Below the pieces are notes generated by a model. It worked only from the letters and a program-made list of their open reading frames with translations. It ran no database searches and was not told the origin of the DNA. Source: Phallusia mammillata (Eukaryota). From it: a stretch of 64,000 nt of DNA. Where the stretch lies: positions 7,068,001 through 7,132,000 of the forward strand of contig OZ281500.1 in NCBI GenBank assembly GCA_965637545.1, written 5' to 3'. Positions 35,301-49,600 of the stretch are shown here, piece after piece. How positions within the stretch are numbered: the first letter of the stretch is position 1; every line of letters starts with the position of its first letter. A program made the position numbers and the translations under genes.

Positions 35301-37577
35301 AAACATGCTGTAACAATTTATTTGCGCCTATAGCGACTGCGGAAACGTCAAACGATGATATGTTGTCAAATTCAAAGGTCGCTTCACCCTCCGTTGGAAA
35401 TTCCACCGCCGAAAAATCGTTTCTGCTTTAACACAAAACCACACCAAGGCATTTACTGACACAGTTTTGCAATAACTTTAAAAATTTCGCGAGTCGTTTA
35501 GTCCATATAAAAGCACCTTAAATGTCGAAACTGTCTGCACTGTGCAGCTAAATTGGATTGTCTAATTTTGTAAATGTGTGCGCTTTGTTTGATTTTATCA
35601 CATGGCTCAGTCAGTGGTGTGGGCCACACTGCTGCTATGGCACAATGCTTTCTGCAGCTGTTGTATATTCCACTTGTAATGAACAGTAGCAGCATGCAAA
35701 TGCAGAGCAACAGCGGGAGGAAGAATGGTTTGTGTTGACGTGCACATTTTTTGCGGTTGACGCAACGACCGCTGGCAAGTCAAGCGCAGAGGACTGATTA
35801 GTGCAGGTCACCGTCAACCGTAGTGCCCTTCAGCTCAGAACGGCTTGTCTTTCTTTGTGTTGAAAATGTGGAGAAAGCTTAGGGGACAAGGGGTATGTGC
35901 TGGTGGTCAGATTAGAAGCAGTAGAAGTTGGATCGTATGAGCATGTGCCGCCTGGTTTAAGCACTTATTCAATTACTTTCACCACATCACTTATGAACAT
36001 TCAATTGAATTTTAGATCACAGCACATGTTGTACTGGTGAGTCACGATATAGACTCGTGTATTTAAAACAAATGTTTTTTGTTGCTGAACTGTACTAATA
36101 GAGCAACACGATTTGTTATTTAGAACTTAACCCTGTACAGTATAGAATAAAAACTAGTTTGTGTAACAAGTCGGCCTGAAAACAAAAAAATGAAGTAAAT
36201 TGCTTTATCGTTTAAATTTGGATTTTACATACCGAAAGTTCCGCTAGGTTTTTTTGGCGTATGCGTTTCACAAACCACATTTGAAAGTCGTATTAAAAAA
36301 TTGACAACTCATCTACATGGCGTACGAGTTCCAACACGTGTTAATTTCATTGCATGTAAGAGAATAGGTTATTCCACCAATGGTAACAACATTTTTGTCA
36401 AAACGCCAAAGTTACAAAATTATATTTAAAGCAAATATGTTTTTAAAATTTTATTTTTTTATCAAAATCTCCTGAAAACAGGTTCCAGTTTGCTGTACCA
36501 ATATGGCTTTAGTTCAGATTGTGGTACCCAGAGGTTAAGAGGAAAGTGAATGTTAATGTAATGACCCATATCACGGTTAATCCACTTCAATTATCCGATG
36601 CTAAGTAAACGATTCGACCCTTGGGCGTGACCACGTGCATGAAACGTAAGCCGTAACCGCAGGGGGTTAAACCGTGTCGTGTCAGCAAAAAGGTTAAGTA
36701 GCAACATGACAGCTTCGTCTCCATTACATTCTTGTACGCAAATATTTCCTTTATCACCAAGTATTAAACCCATTTCTTACCGAATTTACCGTTGGTTTGA
36801 GGCGGTGTTGTAAGTGATGGGACAGGGATTTTTATTGTACATAGTTCACTGATCTTTAAATGAGTGGCATGTCGAGAGATTCCCAAATGTGCGTAGAAAT
36901 ATTCGCTTTTTATAGTGTGAAATATTTCTGGATTTACGATCCTATTGACAAAGTACGGGCGTGCATAACAATTTTAAAAGGTCGTTTTATGTTGTTTGTC
37001 ATAAAAAGCAATCTGGCTCACTAAAATAAAGTTGCAAATGAATTTTCCTCTAAAAAGTTTTGTTATGCTGGCCTGCAAAGTGTGCCACGAATATACAAAT
37101 CAGTTCGGTAATACGCATGCGTAAAAAGTTTAAGGAAACGCTGATACACTTTTATAAACGCGTACGTATCATAGCAAGCAAGTGTGGTATTTAATGATGC
37201 ATAAAACTTCCAAGAAGGTTGTGCATCATGCTGACAAAATGCGTCAAAGGCGAGGGAGCAACGGTATTTGACGCGGATGTGCACTTTTAGCGCGCAGGGC
37301 ATTGATACCAAAGTGTCGGTAACCAGCAGCTTAACAAAACAGTGTAAACAGCGGCAATCTTACGGTCCTCGTTTCATATTGATAGCAAATGTTAAATTTA
37401 TGCTTAACCACTTAAATTCTGGCTGTTAGATTAAAAGTGGTTATATGAAGGAAAATGTGGCTAGGTTTTGGTGTAAATTGAGCGGACTTCCTAGCGAGAC
37501 TCTTGCAGGCTTTGCGCTGAACGTGATATGGACGTCCCGTGAGGAACAATAGTCGACGTGCTGGCGGTATAGCTACG

Positions 37578-37663
37578 TGGAAAGGAGACATATTACTTTC
37601 AGTTTTTATAGTCGTTTGTTTGGAAAGGAGACATATTACTTTCAGTTTTTATAGTCGTTTGTT
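37578..37663 (+). repeat. Perfect 43-bp tandem duplication
   Basis: TGGAAAGGAGACATATTACTTTCAGTTTTTATAGTCGTTTGTT occurs twice in a row. Confidence 0.95.
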
Positions 37664-39454
37664 TAGTAAAATATGTATTATCAGGACGAGCCAAATTTGT
37701 TTACAACAGCAAAAACAACACTGCTGACACTTTGTAATGTGTACGAATCAAGCACTTTTGGTACAGAAGTTTTTGTTACATTTACGAAAAACGGTATAAT
37801 TTTTGTAAAGCAGTGGTTCTCAACTTGTGGTACGCGTACCTCTAGTGGTATAACGGAGCTTTTTGAGGTGGTACGCTAGTAGCTTTCTGCTATACCTAAT
37901 TGAAGTCGGATCATAAAAAGCTCAAAAAAACAACAACTTAAATAGCAGTGTTTTTTCAGAAAACTCGTTTCTTGGACATTCTTTTGGAATTGCTAACCTT
38001 GCTGGCTTAAGAATTTTATGTCCTTCCCTACACTTTACAACAGGGTTTAGGTGGTGCGCAGCAGTAGAAATGTTTATGGTTAGCGCTTCGACGAGTGGTC
38101 GCTATTTTGGGTATATTGGTTTCGATTGTTCTTGGTCACTTAACTTTTTTTGTAATGACTAATGACATCATATGACGTCACTTCCTAAAATGTACCAATG
38201 ATTTTACACGAATAATTCTATTGTAACGCACCGTTAAAAAATAGTAACAATATGTACATCACAGATAGTGACGTGAATATAAGGATTATCTGAAAGTAAT
38301 GTTTTGACTCCGAGTAACTTTCAAGGACATAAACGGGCAGCAAGTAGTGTAGTATTATAGTTAAAAACCATGAACAGTTTTTACAGCCTCAAACATACCG
38401 CGTTACTAACGCAAAATCAAATGGCTAAGGCAGTTGGGTTTAAGCAAATTTTCGTTCAGTTGTGTGCATAAATCCGCCACAGTTTTTTTTCCACTCTTCA
38501 CAATCTGCAATCCTAAAAAAGCAGGTGCTTGTAAAATGGCGTAAAACTGAAACTCGTACGTGACTCACGTTTACATAAGGCCCCACCATACACGTCGATA
38601 TTTTCTCTCTAAAACCAATTATGTATTTTTTTCTGCATCTGCATTGTCTTAGCGTTACGAAATGGATGTTCGACAGACAGAAAAAACGGCAAAAGACCGA
38701 TCACCGTTGTACCGTGTATAGGAGCCATCAATCAAACTCTGTTCCGCAGCTATTGACAGGAAACGCTTGGTACACATCATACCAGTTCTTTGTACTCCTG
38801 TGCTTTATTGAGAAGAAAATGTTCAGCCTGGTACAGATAGCGACTGGTAAAGAGATTAAACCAAATATTTACTGCATGTTGATTTGGAAGTCAGTGAACT
38901 AGTACATGAGTGCTGGACAACAAATATGCTGAACCAAAAGGTTATTCTTGTAACTTATAGCAGTTATCATACGTCAAGAGATGATTTATCAAAATAGCTT
39001 AGACATTTATCAAAACAGCATGGACAGACAAAACTATCGAAAACAGAACTAGTGGTGCATGTTACTGACTTGAAAAATTAACCAAACACTTGTTTTTAAA
39101 AGGTTCATATATTATAGCACCTTATTTTAATTTGCTTACATTAGGGTCCCAGGTTTTAGTCATCAAATCAAAATTTTGCAAAAATCGATCTTAGTTTTTG
39201 ATGTATACAAAGCAAAACAACATAAAATTGTTTCAGTACCCTTACTTTTTTTCCTGATTGTTTCCCACAGGTTCACAGTCCATACCAGCCTGCTAAGCTG
39301 GAAAACTGTATGCATAAGTTAAGTGCTTAGGGAAGTGAATCAGAACCAAGTGGGGTGCGTTATGTTGGAGTGCATCTCTGTTGAAAAACACAAACTTTGT
39401 GCCGGCGAAGCACAACCGTAAAAACTTCGTGAAATCAGCGAGACAAGAAGAAAG

Positions 39455-42400
39455 ATGTCACGAGCCCAGAGCAAGAATGAGATCTTGAATATGAAGCGGG
39501 TGACGTGGATGACTGGAGAAAAAGCACGCAGGTCACGGCGCAGCACTAGAGGGCGCTACCACGCCGTCATTCCACCCAAGTACAAGTTCTATTCCACTGA
39601 AGGTATAAACCTCTGCACGGGTGAGTAAGAATTTTTTTAATGCGAATTTTTTGGGGGGGTTGTTGATAAGATTTGATCGCTTTGAATAAATCAAATAGTT
39701 TGTAAAAAACGCGAAAATGTCATTGATAATGAAACTGCTTAGCTGTTCAAAGTGGTACAAATACATGGAATGTTGAAATATGCTGTGTTGAAGTAAGTAT
39801 CGCACTGGACTTGGTCTTTTATTTGTCGTCTCAGAACAAAACATTTGCAAGACTGTAGTTTGCTGTCTTTTGAAACACCATTTTTCCCTCGCAAATATCT
39901 TCTGTAGCAAAGGCTGATTTTGGGGCTTCCAACTAACATTCAATACATTTAACAAAAATGTCGTTCAACTGGTGTTAATGTTAAACAAAAATACTAACAA
40001 AAATTTTGTTATAATATAATTATTTTTCATGGTATCACGCTGTTCTTGCGCCTTTCGCTTGTTGCTTGCATTCGTCATTCATTGCTCTGAAGAAGTCCTA
40101 CCGTTCTGGTGGACGAAACGTCAGCGAAAATACAAGTTATGGATAGAAACAACTAGTATTTTTGTTTAACATTACACCAGTTGAACGACATTTTTGTTAA
40201 ATATGCAACCTGGTGGACGAAAACGCCTGTACAGCATTCAATACATTTACAATCACCTTTGTACCAAAAAACATTTTGTGACACTTTGTCGACATCTAGT
40301 GGCATATATAGTTATTTCTATTAGCCACTTGAAGGTTTAAAAGCACCGAAACAAACCATCTGTGAAATTATTTTGCGTTTTAAGTTGACTTTTGCTTGCT
40401 TGCTGTGTTGACGATGGGCACTGCAACCCGCGGAGAAACAAATTTTAAATAACTATGGAGCGACTGATAAATATGTCCGTCACGTTGGGCCGTGAGTGAT
40501 ATTATTGTCAATTCAAAATTGTGCTGCTGAGAGACGATATTTAATGACATTTCAATGTGAATTTTTGTGACTCCTCAATCAATCAGGATGCCGTGCTAAA
40601 ACGTTTGGCGTTGGTTTCAGCCAGGAGAACTTATTGTACTTCATGGCTGATTACTAAGGGCGTATATATCTGCAGTGGAGGCCCCACATTCCTTCTGCGG
40701 CCGTGGGTGTTTTTTTCGAGACACCGTCTCTATCTAGCTGGCTGGCCGTTGGCATTTTTAAGCTCATCCGCGCTTCAATGGGTCTTATTTTTGATCCTAA
40801 ACGGTTTGCTAGCCACCCTCCACACGACAAAAGTCTAGTGTGGTGAGCCGGTTTAGTCGCCGACGACCCGACTATGAAACAGGTAGTACTGGATTACATA
40901 TTACCAGTAGCACGCAGAGCATGACCTGACACAAACTCCCACTTCATTTTAATAACCCGACGGGTCAGTTAATGGCATTTCAAATGTCAATTGTATAAGG
41001 CAGGTGTCATAGTACAACAATAAGACGACACGGGGTTTGCTATCAAGTTTGATTTTGTTGTTACGTCCCTGGACATAAGTAAAAACAAATGAATTCGCGA
41101 TAAACTTAGTCGCCAAATAATTTTGCTTTTGAGTAACTATTTTGTAATCAGCAGGAAGTTACCTTATGAATGTGTTTTCAAAAAGTTAAATAACCTTGGA
41201 CTTCGCTCCAGTCATGTGTACGCAGTTTTAGGGTATTGAGAAGTTGAGGGTTGAAATAAACAAACACCAACGTCAGTTCCATTTTCCCACGGGCCCATGG
41301 AAACTTCTGTAGTGTAGAGAAATTGAAATTGCACAACCAGTAGCGACGACATAATTGAGACCTTGGGGAATTTGGCGACCTTTAAAGCGTCTGGAATATT
41401 CGTCATAGGAATTCGTCGATTTTAAAATTCGACGCCTGTTCGTTAAATAGATATGTAAGCTGCAAAATTATTGAGTTTGAATTTGAGCTGCAAGGGTGTT
41501 GTTTCCGTGTTTTGCAATAAGAAAGAAAAAACGAGTGTTAAAATGGTGGTAGTTTACAGGCAAACGTGGTTATTTTTAGGGCAAAAACCTAGTGTGAAAC
41601 ATTTATGCAAAGGTTGTGTTGTTTTTACCTCAAAGATATGTCCATGCTTTACCACGTGAAATAATATCAGGGCCCTGCGTAGCTTGAAACGGTTTCGTCA
41701 TGGGGTCTTCACCAGGTCTACTCGTTAGAGCGAATTTTAAAATCAACTGCGTGTAATGTTACGACCCAAGAGGGTGGATTTTTTGACCGCAATTAATATG
41801 ATACACACAAGAAGAAGATAACATGTTTTTTTCGTTTAGAAACATAATTCAGGTTGTTTATATTTCACAATACAGTATATGCTTATGACGCAAATCAGTT
41901 TATATTGAACAATTTTGAAGAAAAAGCTGTAAATATTGTACTGTTAGGTAAACAAAATTATTTGCCCGAAAATAAATGATGCGCAGAAAGTTTTTATAAG
42001 ATTAAGGCAAGTAACAATTCCAAGCAAAATAACGACTAAAGTTTCAAAGACTTGAGTGTTTTGAAACACTAGAAAAGTGAGACATACAGGCAGGCTTTTA
42101 GTTAAACCCGAGCACCCTTAACTTTTCTCAAGTTTCCCGTTGTAGTGGTTTCGGCACGGATACAAATTCGTGAAGACCTGTTACAGCAAATCGTTGGCCG
42201 GATACAGTCGAATAAACGAGTCAGGACATGGTAAACTTGCTGTCTGCATAGTTAAACTTTCGGCGAATAGTGGTATTTTGAGATAAAAATGGTATACGAT
42301 ATTCGAAGTATATTACGTAGTCTGGCATACGATGGTTGTAGAGATTTTGCTATCATATTATTGTTAAAATCGGCATTTTTGTGGGTATTGGCGCGACTTG

Positions 42401-45400
42401 TGTACTCAAGACGAGTCGTTTAAAGTGGTGCATGCTTACATGGATAAGTAAGTTAATGACTTTCACAGTACAGTATATCATCGTTACACGAGAGCTACGT
42501 TGTGCTTATTTTGGGCGTTGTATTGTAGGCCTGGAAAAACAGCGTAGGACCATGGCTGAAAGCAACCATGGCTGAAATACATCCCACATTGAAGTTTGGT
42601 CGTTGAAATGCGTCGAACATAATGTGCCGCAGGCGCCATTGAAATTTCGAAGGTCTCAATCTCCATATAGTCCAACTGCATACGCCATGTTTTTTTACAG
42701 GCAATTAACATGCGTTTTGAACGAACGGTTGACAAGGAAAACATTAGCGGTCGCATTAAACCGGATGTATTGCAGGCGGTTTGCATGATGCGAGGCGTGA
42801 CATGTATGACGACAAAATGTATTGCTGTCAGTTTACTTCCAATTCAGATAAGTTTAAGGGTTGCGTTGTCAGTAACTGCATGATGAACAGTGACTCAATC
42901 CAAGTAGTTTGTAAAATAAGAAGGTTACTCTGGCAGAAACGTGAATTTTATGTGTAGTATTGCCGTTTAACGTTTGTATATTGTAAGCCTTTTTTGTTGA
43001 TATTATCTGCTAGAAATATGATCTTTCCGATACGTTTGAAAATAGTCATTAAAAGCGTGTTTGTTATCCACCAGCAGAAGTTAGTTTGGCTTTCTGGCCT
43101 AACGATTTGATATTATGAAGTAACTAGAAAAGTCGAGCCCTAACTGCAGCTACATGTCTGACAACAGGAAATGTAGGCAGTGATGATGCAGTTTTTAGAA
43201 CCCTTGTTAATGCCAGTCGATGCAAACAATACATCAAAAATGATGTTAAACAAATACTGGCTTTCATATCAAAATGTCTACAGTCCTAAAACACTATATC
43301 GTACTGTTAGACCAGTCCACCTAAAGCTTGTATTAAAGCAGGTGTACACCTTGGTGCTGATAGTATCTAGTTTTTGTACTACAACCTGTCAACAGCCCCT
43401 CTCCTGGCCCCACCAACGTCCCCCCCCAGTCGTGTTTACCCACAATGCGCCAACCTTACTTTCTTGTGAGCCCTAGTCACATAACGATTTATGAAACGGT
43501 ATAACTACAGTTCAGTTTAGCCAATATCCACCAATTATGCTCTTTACTGTTTTGTGCTTCATAAAATTTCGAAGTTGCGCAGCTAATTCCGGATTGGTGA
43601 TTGTTTAAGTGCTATTATGATGCTATGTTTTCTTTCACTAAGCAAAATAAACTCAACTCAACTCTCAGCAATAAATCAGAAAAGCCCACTACATTTTGTA
43701 TGCAGATTATGCCGCAAAACCAGGAAGCAAAGATATAAGCTATTCAGCCATTTGACGCTCGAGCGCGCCACAATAATACGCACACACTTGAAATTGAATG
43801 GCCCGAAAATTTTTGTCACGTTGCTGCTTGTTTTCACTTCACGCTTAAGTGCAATATAATGGGATGGCTACATCAGTACTGTGCCGTTGAGGTAAAGACA
43901 GCAGGGTATGAATTGTACAATTTTCCTTGATATTCAACCATGTAGTCGCTAAAAGATGTGTATTCTTAAACCTGAGACATTTTGTTGCATTTCTAGACCG
44001 TTAAGGCGAATTGTTGTGCGTATAGCTACTCGTTTATTGCCTTAGGTGATTTAGTGTGGTTAGCGATAGGCGAAAAACAAAACTGAATGTTTGATATTTT
44101 GCGCAGGAAACGAGTTAGCCGAAATCCCAGGCATTATGTGTTGTGCTAAATGGCAATTGAAACCACAAAGGAAGTGCAAAAATATGTTTGAAGATCTGAA
44201 GGGCAGAGTGTTTGTGAGATCTGTTTGTGCCGTTAAGCGCTGACAAGTGAAAACGAATTAGTATTGGAAACCCAGCTGATGCGCCCCTTGTCCTTAAAAT
44301 CAAAATTGTTTTTCACACCGATGAACAAAGGTTCAAAATTTAAGCCGATAGGCTATATCCACACATATTTAAGAGTATTGCAATTATTTCTTCACATACA
44401 GTGTTGAATAGTGTTGCAGAAGGTTGATTAAACAATATAGTATCTTGATCTGTGAAAAGGCAGCGGATTTGAACCGGTTGCTTGTCACAATGCCTCAGAA
44501 CAGCACCAGTCGCCGTTCGACGAAGCTATGGAACTTCGCGCGCCCGGATAGTAATAACGAGCAAATCCCACAGCAGAGAAACCATTCCATCGCGGGCGGT
44601 GGAAACACAGGTACAACACCGACGTATCAGTCTTACAGTACTTGGTCTTATAATTTCGAAAGTTTCATGATTGGGGTAAACCCATAATAATATACTTCAC
44701 AGATTCACATAACCAAGGAATATTTGGTAAAATTTATCAACAGTGTTGTATTGCCTGTGTTCGTAAATAGCACCGCTTTGCCCGCTATGCCAACTTAACT
44801 ATATTGCTTGGCAACGCCGGTCAATTGAGCGTATCAGCAGTTAGTTAGTTTTGGGTCACTGCAATCCTGTTGCGTTGGCGTAACGAAGGCAGCACAATAA
44901 CAACAACTAAATCTGGGCATAGTTCACATTGTTTTAAGGCGTCGTTTGTAGCGACGGTTAGGGTTGCGTGATTGACAGTTGTCGTCACCGTTGCACGTCG
45001 CTATTGGCAGTTGCAGCGTAACCGACATAAAATTAACGGATAATCTTGTTGTTGCGCCATGACTACAAGCTTTTGCCGCGTAATGTTTGTAGGCCTAACG
45101 ACCTGCGTAGCTTGCAATGCGCCAAATATGCCGGGTGCAATTTGGAAGTCTCTTTGGTGTTGCTTCCATCGAAGGTCATTCGTACGGACGATACATAATG
45201 ATAAGCATTCATTATTTGCTTGAAATAAGTACAGCTCTTTACGTTGAAAACGAGGGATTTTAGCCCTGAGCAACCTATCGTTAAAAGTTTATCGTGTGTA
45301 CAGTGATCAATGCAAAAATAACCAATTCAAAAAGTTGTTTACTGGATCACAGTTGCCTAAAATGTGTTTTACCACTTATGCCTCATTTACGCACTGTCGT

Positions 45401-48400
45401 TATTACAAAACCAAATACTTATAAATTCACCTGGCGGCCGAAAACCTCGAGTCTTGCACCAAGTTAACCGCGTGGTTGTCCGTCAGCAACGAGACCGTGT
45501 AGATAATTTATAAGAGGTACAGGGTGATCCATTACATTTGCTGTCAAAGATCAATAACGAAATGTCTTTCATGCATCTATGCACGGTTTGGCAAAGGCGT
45601 ATTGATCAGAACCACTTAGCCTTTGTCAAGTCGAGCCTTCTGGCAAGCGCTTTCGACAACAGCGCCAACCGCGGCCAGGCTGAAACGTCTCGGAATGCTG
45701 TTTGTATCGATCAAGAGCGCTTATCCCCAACGTAGAAACAACATATCGGTTTGTCCCATATCTAACCCGAGACCCCGAAAAACGCAACCACCGTCGGGCT
45801 CGGTATAAATTGCCCGACTAGTTACCCTTCCACCCTATTGTCGTCGCTGTTGTTTGGTTAGCGTGTGCTCTTCGCGACAGTTCCTCTTTACCGTGAGTGG
45901 CGACGCTGGTCTCGTAGCGCAGTGGTGGACGCTTGTGGACATGGGAGGTACCGGCGATACTTCGACAAGTGAAAGCATTTTTAAGGATGTCGGTCAGTTG
46001 ATTGCTTAAATTGGTGGCGAATGAAAATCAGTCCAGGTGTGAAGACCACGAACATAGACAGATTAAGACAAACGACATAACTAGGTTTTACGTAGCTTTA
46101 AAACGTTTAGAGATAGAGCACAAACGTTGTTAATTTTATAGCTTTATAATCTTTACGAAACTAAACTATTTGAAACTAAACTAAGTGACATATTTTCTGA
46201 CCTCAGAGATTTTAGGTGCGTAAAATTGAAATAACTAACGTCTGAAGGAAAATTTAAATAGCGGCATTTTGGTAAAAATTGTACCAGTAAAATGTTGACT
46301 AATACAGGATTTCCTTGACAGGGTCGTACATCCTTGACAACGGTATAGGTTTCCAAGATAGGAATTGACGAACCCCCTTGTAGTAAATCCTCGTAAGGTT
46401 TATTATGCGTTGAATAGGCGACGCCAAACTTATAAACCTAAGAGATGTCGTGCCTTTGCTTCGGTTGTGTCGGTTTTATAGCCTTAACAAAGATGGCGAT
46501 CCATTGATACTTTGTTGACACAGCTCTAGGGACAACACAACCTCTAAAACGTTGTTCAACACAATAGGGTTACCTTTAGTAACAGTGCCATCACGACAAA
46601 TTAAAACGTCATTTTGGTTGGGATGTCAAAAAAACGCTGAACGGCTGTCATAAACGCACAAGGCTTTGTTTTCTTACTTTGTCGCCGTCACATCCTACAT
46701 GATTAGGCGGAAAAAATAAACATCGCACACAAGTGGTATTGGTTAATCATTACTTTTGGATGGGACGGACGGTTTTGTTTGAGAGGCCGTATCTTGGCTG
46801 ATAACTGCCCAAAGCTGAGAAGGAAACATTTCATTTTTTGGATGTTTTTTCCTTCAAGTTTCTGGTTTTGTGCTTGTAACTGCTGGTTGACAACTATTTC
46901 TGATTTTTTTATTGGTTTTACGCTCTTGGTTCGCGACCCATGTAGCAAACCCATTTAATATGTTGATTAAATTGTTCCATATAGTTCCTTTGACCAAATT
47001 AAGTGTATTCGTTTAAATGAAAGCAAAATGAAGATACCTAAATATCGTTTTAGTTGTTACATTTCCATTAGTATGCGTTCGCAGTGTATTTGAAAACGTT
47101 GGAAAACTTTCGATTGTTTTAAATGTTTGCACCATGGGACAAAAGCATTTTGGGATTCGAGAAGCCGGTGTTGAAATTAACGGATTTATAACACGCCGTT
47201 ACTTTTTATGTCGTAAAGCAACCTCGATCAGCTTTGCTTGTGAAAAACAAGATATTATCGCATGTAAAAGGCGTACTTTAACCAATTATTCCACTGCTCT
47301 GCCGCGCGTCTGTAGCACGAATAACAGCATCCTGAAACACCGAATTGTGTACATGTGTCTTTTATCTATTTACTTGTCAAATCCGCTGTATATTTAACTT
47401 GTTTGCATACGTCCGTTGCATAATTCATGCTATTCTTTTCAGGTAATGGTTTTTCGTTCAAAGTCTGTCCCAACTTGAATCAACTCGTTCTTGCCTTTAC
47501 CACATTGATGTTTTTCGTCTCTTTCGAGTGCCTTCTCATCACAATCATGACTGTTGGACCCGGCCTACAGTCCAGAGGATTTGTTCAGGTCAATTGTACA
47601 GGTGAGATATGTGCCTTAATATTATCGAGTTAGTCGCTTATATTGCAGCACAGTTTAACCAAGTTTTTGCAATCGACCTCTGTTTTAGGTTGTACACCGA
47701 TAATTTGTATGTTCTCATTGTATGCTGGGGTAAAAACTACGGACTCTATCACAATAGGTCAGCGTAAAGCGCGATGTCAAATTAAGTGGATTGCTAACGG
47801 GTGGGATTTGAATCCACAGGAGTGGATGGACCGCACAGATTTTTGCATTGATTTTTTACAAATTTCTTGGCTTGATTCCGTATACCGCACCATCTAGGCC
47901 GGAGGTCTCAAACCGCATGCGGCCCTCCAAAGGTTTTTGTGCGACTCGCGAACTAACTTTTATAATTTAGGTGTTTAAACAACTAATCAGGTATTTCATT
48001 ACCTCAGGTCAAATAAGGTATTTCTATGTAACGGGTTTTTTTGTAGTTGGTTTGCATAAACGCTTAAGAATTGATCTGAAATCGAATGTTTCTGTACTAA
48101 AATTAGTTGCTGACCAAAAATGCAAGTAACGTGTATTTTTGCGCAGTAATCAATACATTCTACAACGGAAATTCCAGTTGTTACGTCAGCACGCTTTCGT
48201 CACACGGCGTCGTTAACGTTTTTCCATGTTTGCAAATCTACGTCACACCCCATACGTCAGCCTCGGCTGCCGCGAACAGGTCGAAACGAAGTTTGTGGCC
48301 CGAAAACAGCGACAGCGCCGAAGTTGAGTCGCCTCGAACAAGAAACAAACGAGCCGCGACGACCGACTTCTCCAATACATCTGCGCTTCTGCTCTTTCAG

Positions 48401-48733
48401 AACGAGTTGAACTTTGCTGGCAACGATTATCTGTACAGAAGGTGCTCGTATTTGCCGGCGTACTGCCCTCAAGACAAGCAAGCGATATTGACGGGCATCA
48501 GTGACCAAGCGCGTAAATACGGACGCATTAACAGCACCTATACATGTTATTACAACGCTGCTCAAAACCGCGTTATGTTACAGCGGCTTATCACGGAGCA
48601 AGCTATGCTGTATTCCATCCTTTGGCCAATTTGTGGGATGATTGCAAGCGCTATTGGCTGTGCAGCGTTTTGGAAGCGAAACTTTAAGCGCATGAGCAGA
48701 CTCTTCATTTACAACAGCTGGTCGGCGTCGTAG
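39455..48733 (+). CDS. KCNMB: Calcium-activated potassium (BK) channel beta-subunit-like protein, 303 aa
   Basis: Exons 39455-39620 (phase-1 donor GTGAGT), 47443-47601 (TM1, ending VNCT) and 48147-48733 total 912 nt. Motifs FPCLQIYV, LLFQNE, RCSYLPAYC, YTCYYN..VMLQRL and TM2 LYSILWPICGMIASAIGCAAF match the KCNMB loop and TM2 (YPCLQVYV..CSYIPKC..FSCY..LFHSLFWP). Pairing of the first exon is inferred from phase. Confidence 0.85.
44490..44610 (+). CDS. Candidate alternative first coding exon of the KCNMB-like gene
   Basis: ATG-initiated MPQNSTSRRSTKLWNFARPDSNNEQIPQQRNHSIAGGGNT plus 1 nt, with phase-1 donor CAG|GTACAA compatible with the acceptor at 47443. Confidence 0.45.
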
Positions 48734-49440
48734 CGCCACCTCGGGTTTAGTTTCTTATTATTTTTTGTGCCACGACGTGTCGCTGCGGAGCGACATTCAA
48801 TGTTCCACTTTATTTACGTTTTAAACGTTTTTCATTGAACTTTGCGGAAGCTCTTTAATACAGATTAAGCATTACTGTTTCTGTGAACTTGTGCGGTTTG
48901 TTATGTGTCATGTTTAATGGTAGCAGAACAAATACGAGATTGCCAACAAGAGATTTTCAGTTATATATTAAGCTAAAGTTAATTTGAGTGGAGTTGAGTT
49001 TGTTTGGTGAAAGATAATGAAACATTTGTAGTAAAACAATCAACAAAAATAAGCGACGAAGCAACAGTTCTTCCTAATCACGATCAGTTCACAAATAGTG
49101 TTAAACGATATATATTTCTCCCTTCCTATGTGGTGATCATAAGTCGCCCTTATTCAAATAGATTGTGGGAAGGATCCTGTAACAAAAACTGAATGCAACA
49201 AGCTGAGAATAGCTGTGCGTTGTTAAAAGTGAATGAAACAATTTGCATAGTCAAACTCGCTGCAGATGCACCGCCAATACAAGACATCTCTTGACTAGGG
49301 CTTGAGTTTGGTGCCCTAGTGGACGTTGGTGAAATAAGTCGTTCGTAAAACTTACTACACGTGTATGGAAGACAAGGTGTTCGACAGAAAACACGTTAAA
49401 GAAACAAACCTATTTGGAAGGAAAAACACACAGGAGTGAC

Positions 49441-49600
49441 CAGGGTTTTTTTAAGGTTTGGTTTGGGTGACCGCTAAGTAGTTTTAAGAGACCGCAAGTG
49501 TTTCATTTAAATACCAAAAAATAGCCATATTCAAATTTTGGGAAACACTGGAGAAATTTGGGGGACCGTTTCAGTCCCCCAAAACACCTTAAAAACACTG
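49441..49600. mobile_element. hAT-type MITE (160 bp)
   Basis: Ends CAGGGTTTTTTTAAGG / CCTTAAAAACACTG. Perfect TSD GGAGTGAC at 49433-49440 and 49601-49608. Confidence 0.85.

Noticed and set aside
35498-35770. Minus-strand frame with a hydrophobic stretch (FFLPLLLCICMLLLFITSGIY)
   Set aside because: No convincing splice sites, start codon or partner exons; may be chance.
45915-45975. tRNA-like head GGTCTCGTAGCGCAGTGGT
   Set aside because: A box only, with a degenerate B box and no stems; not a tRNA gene.
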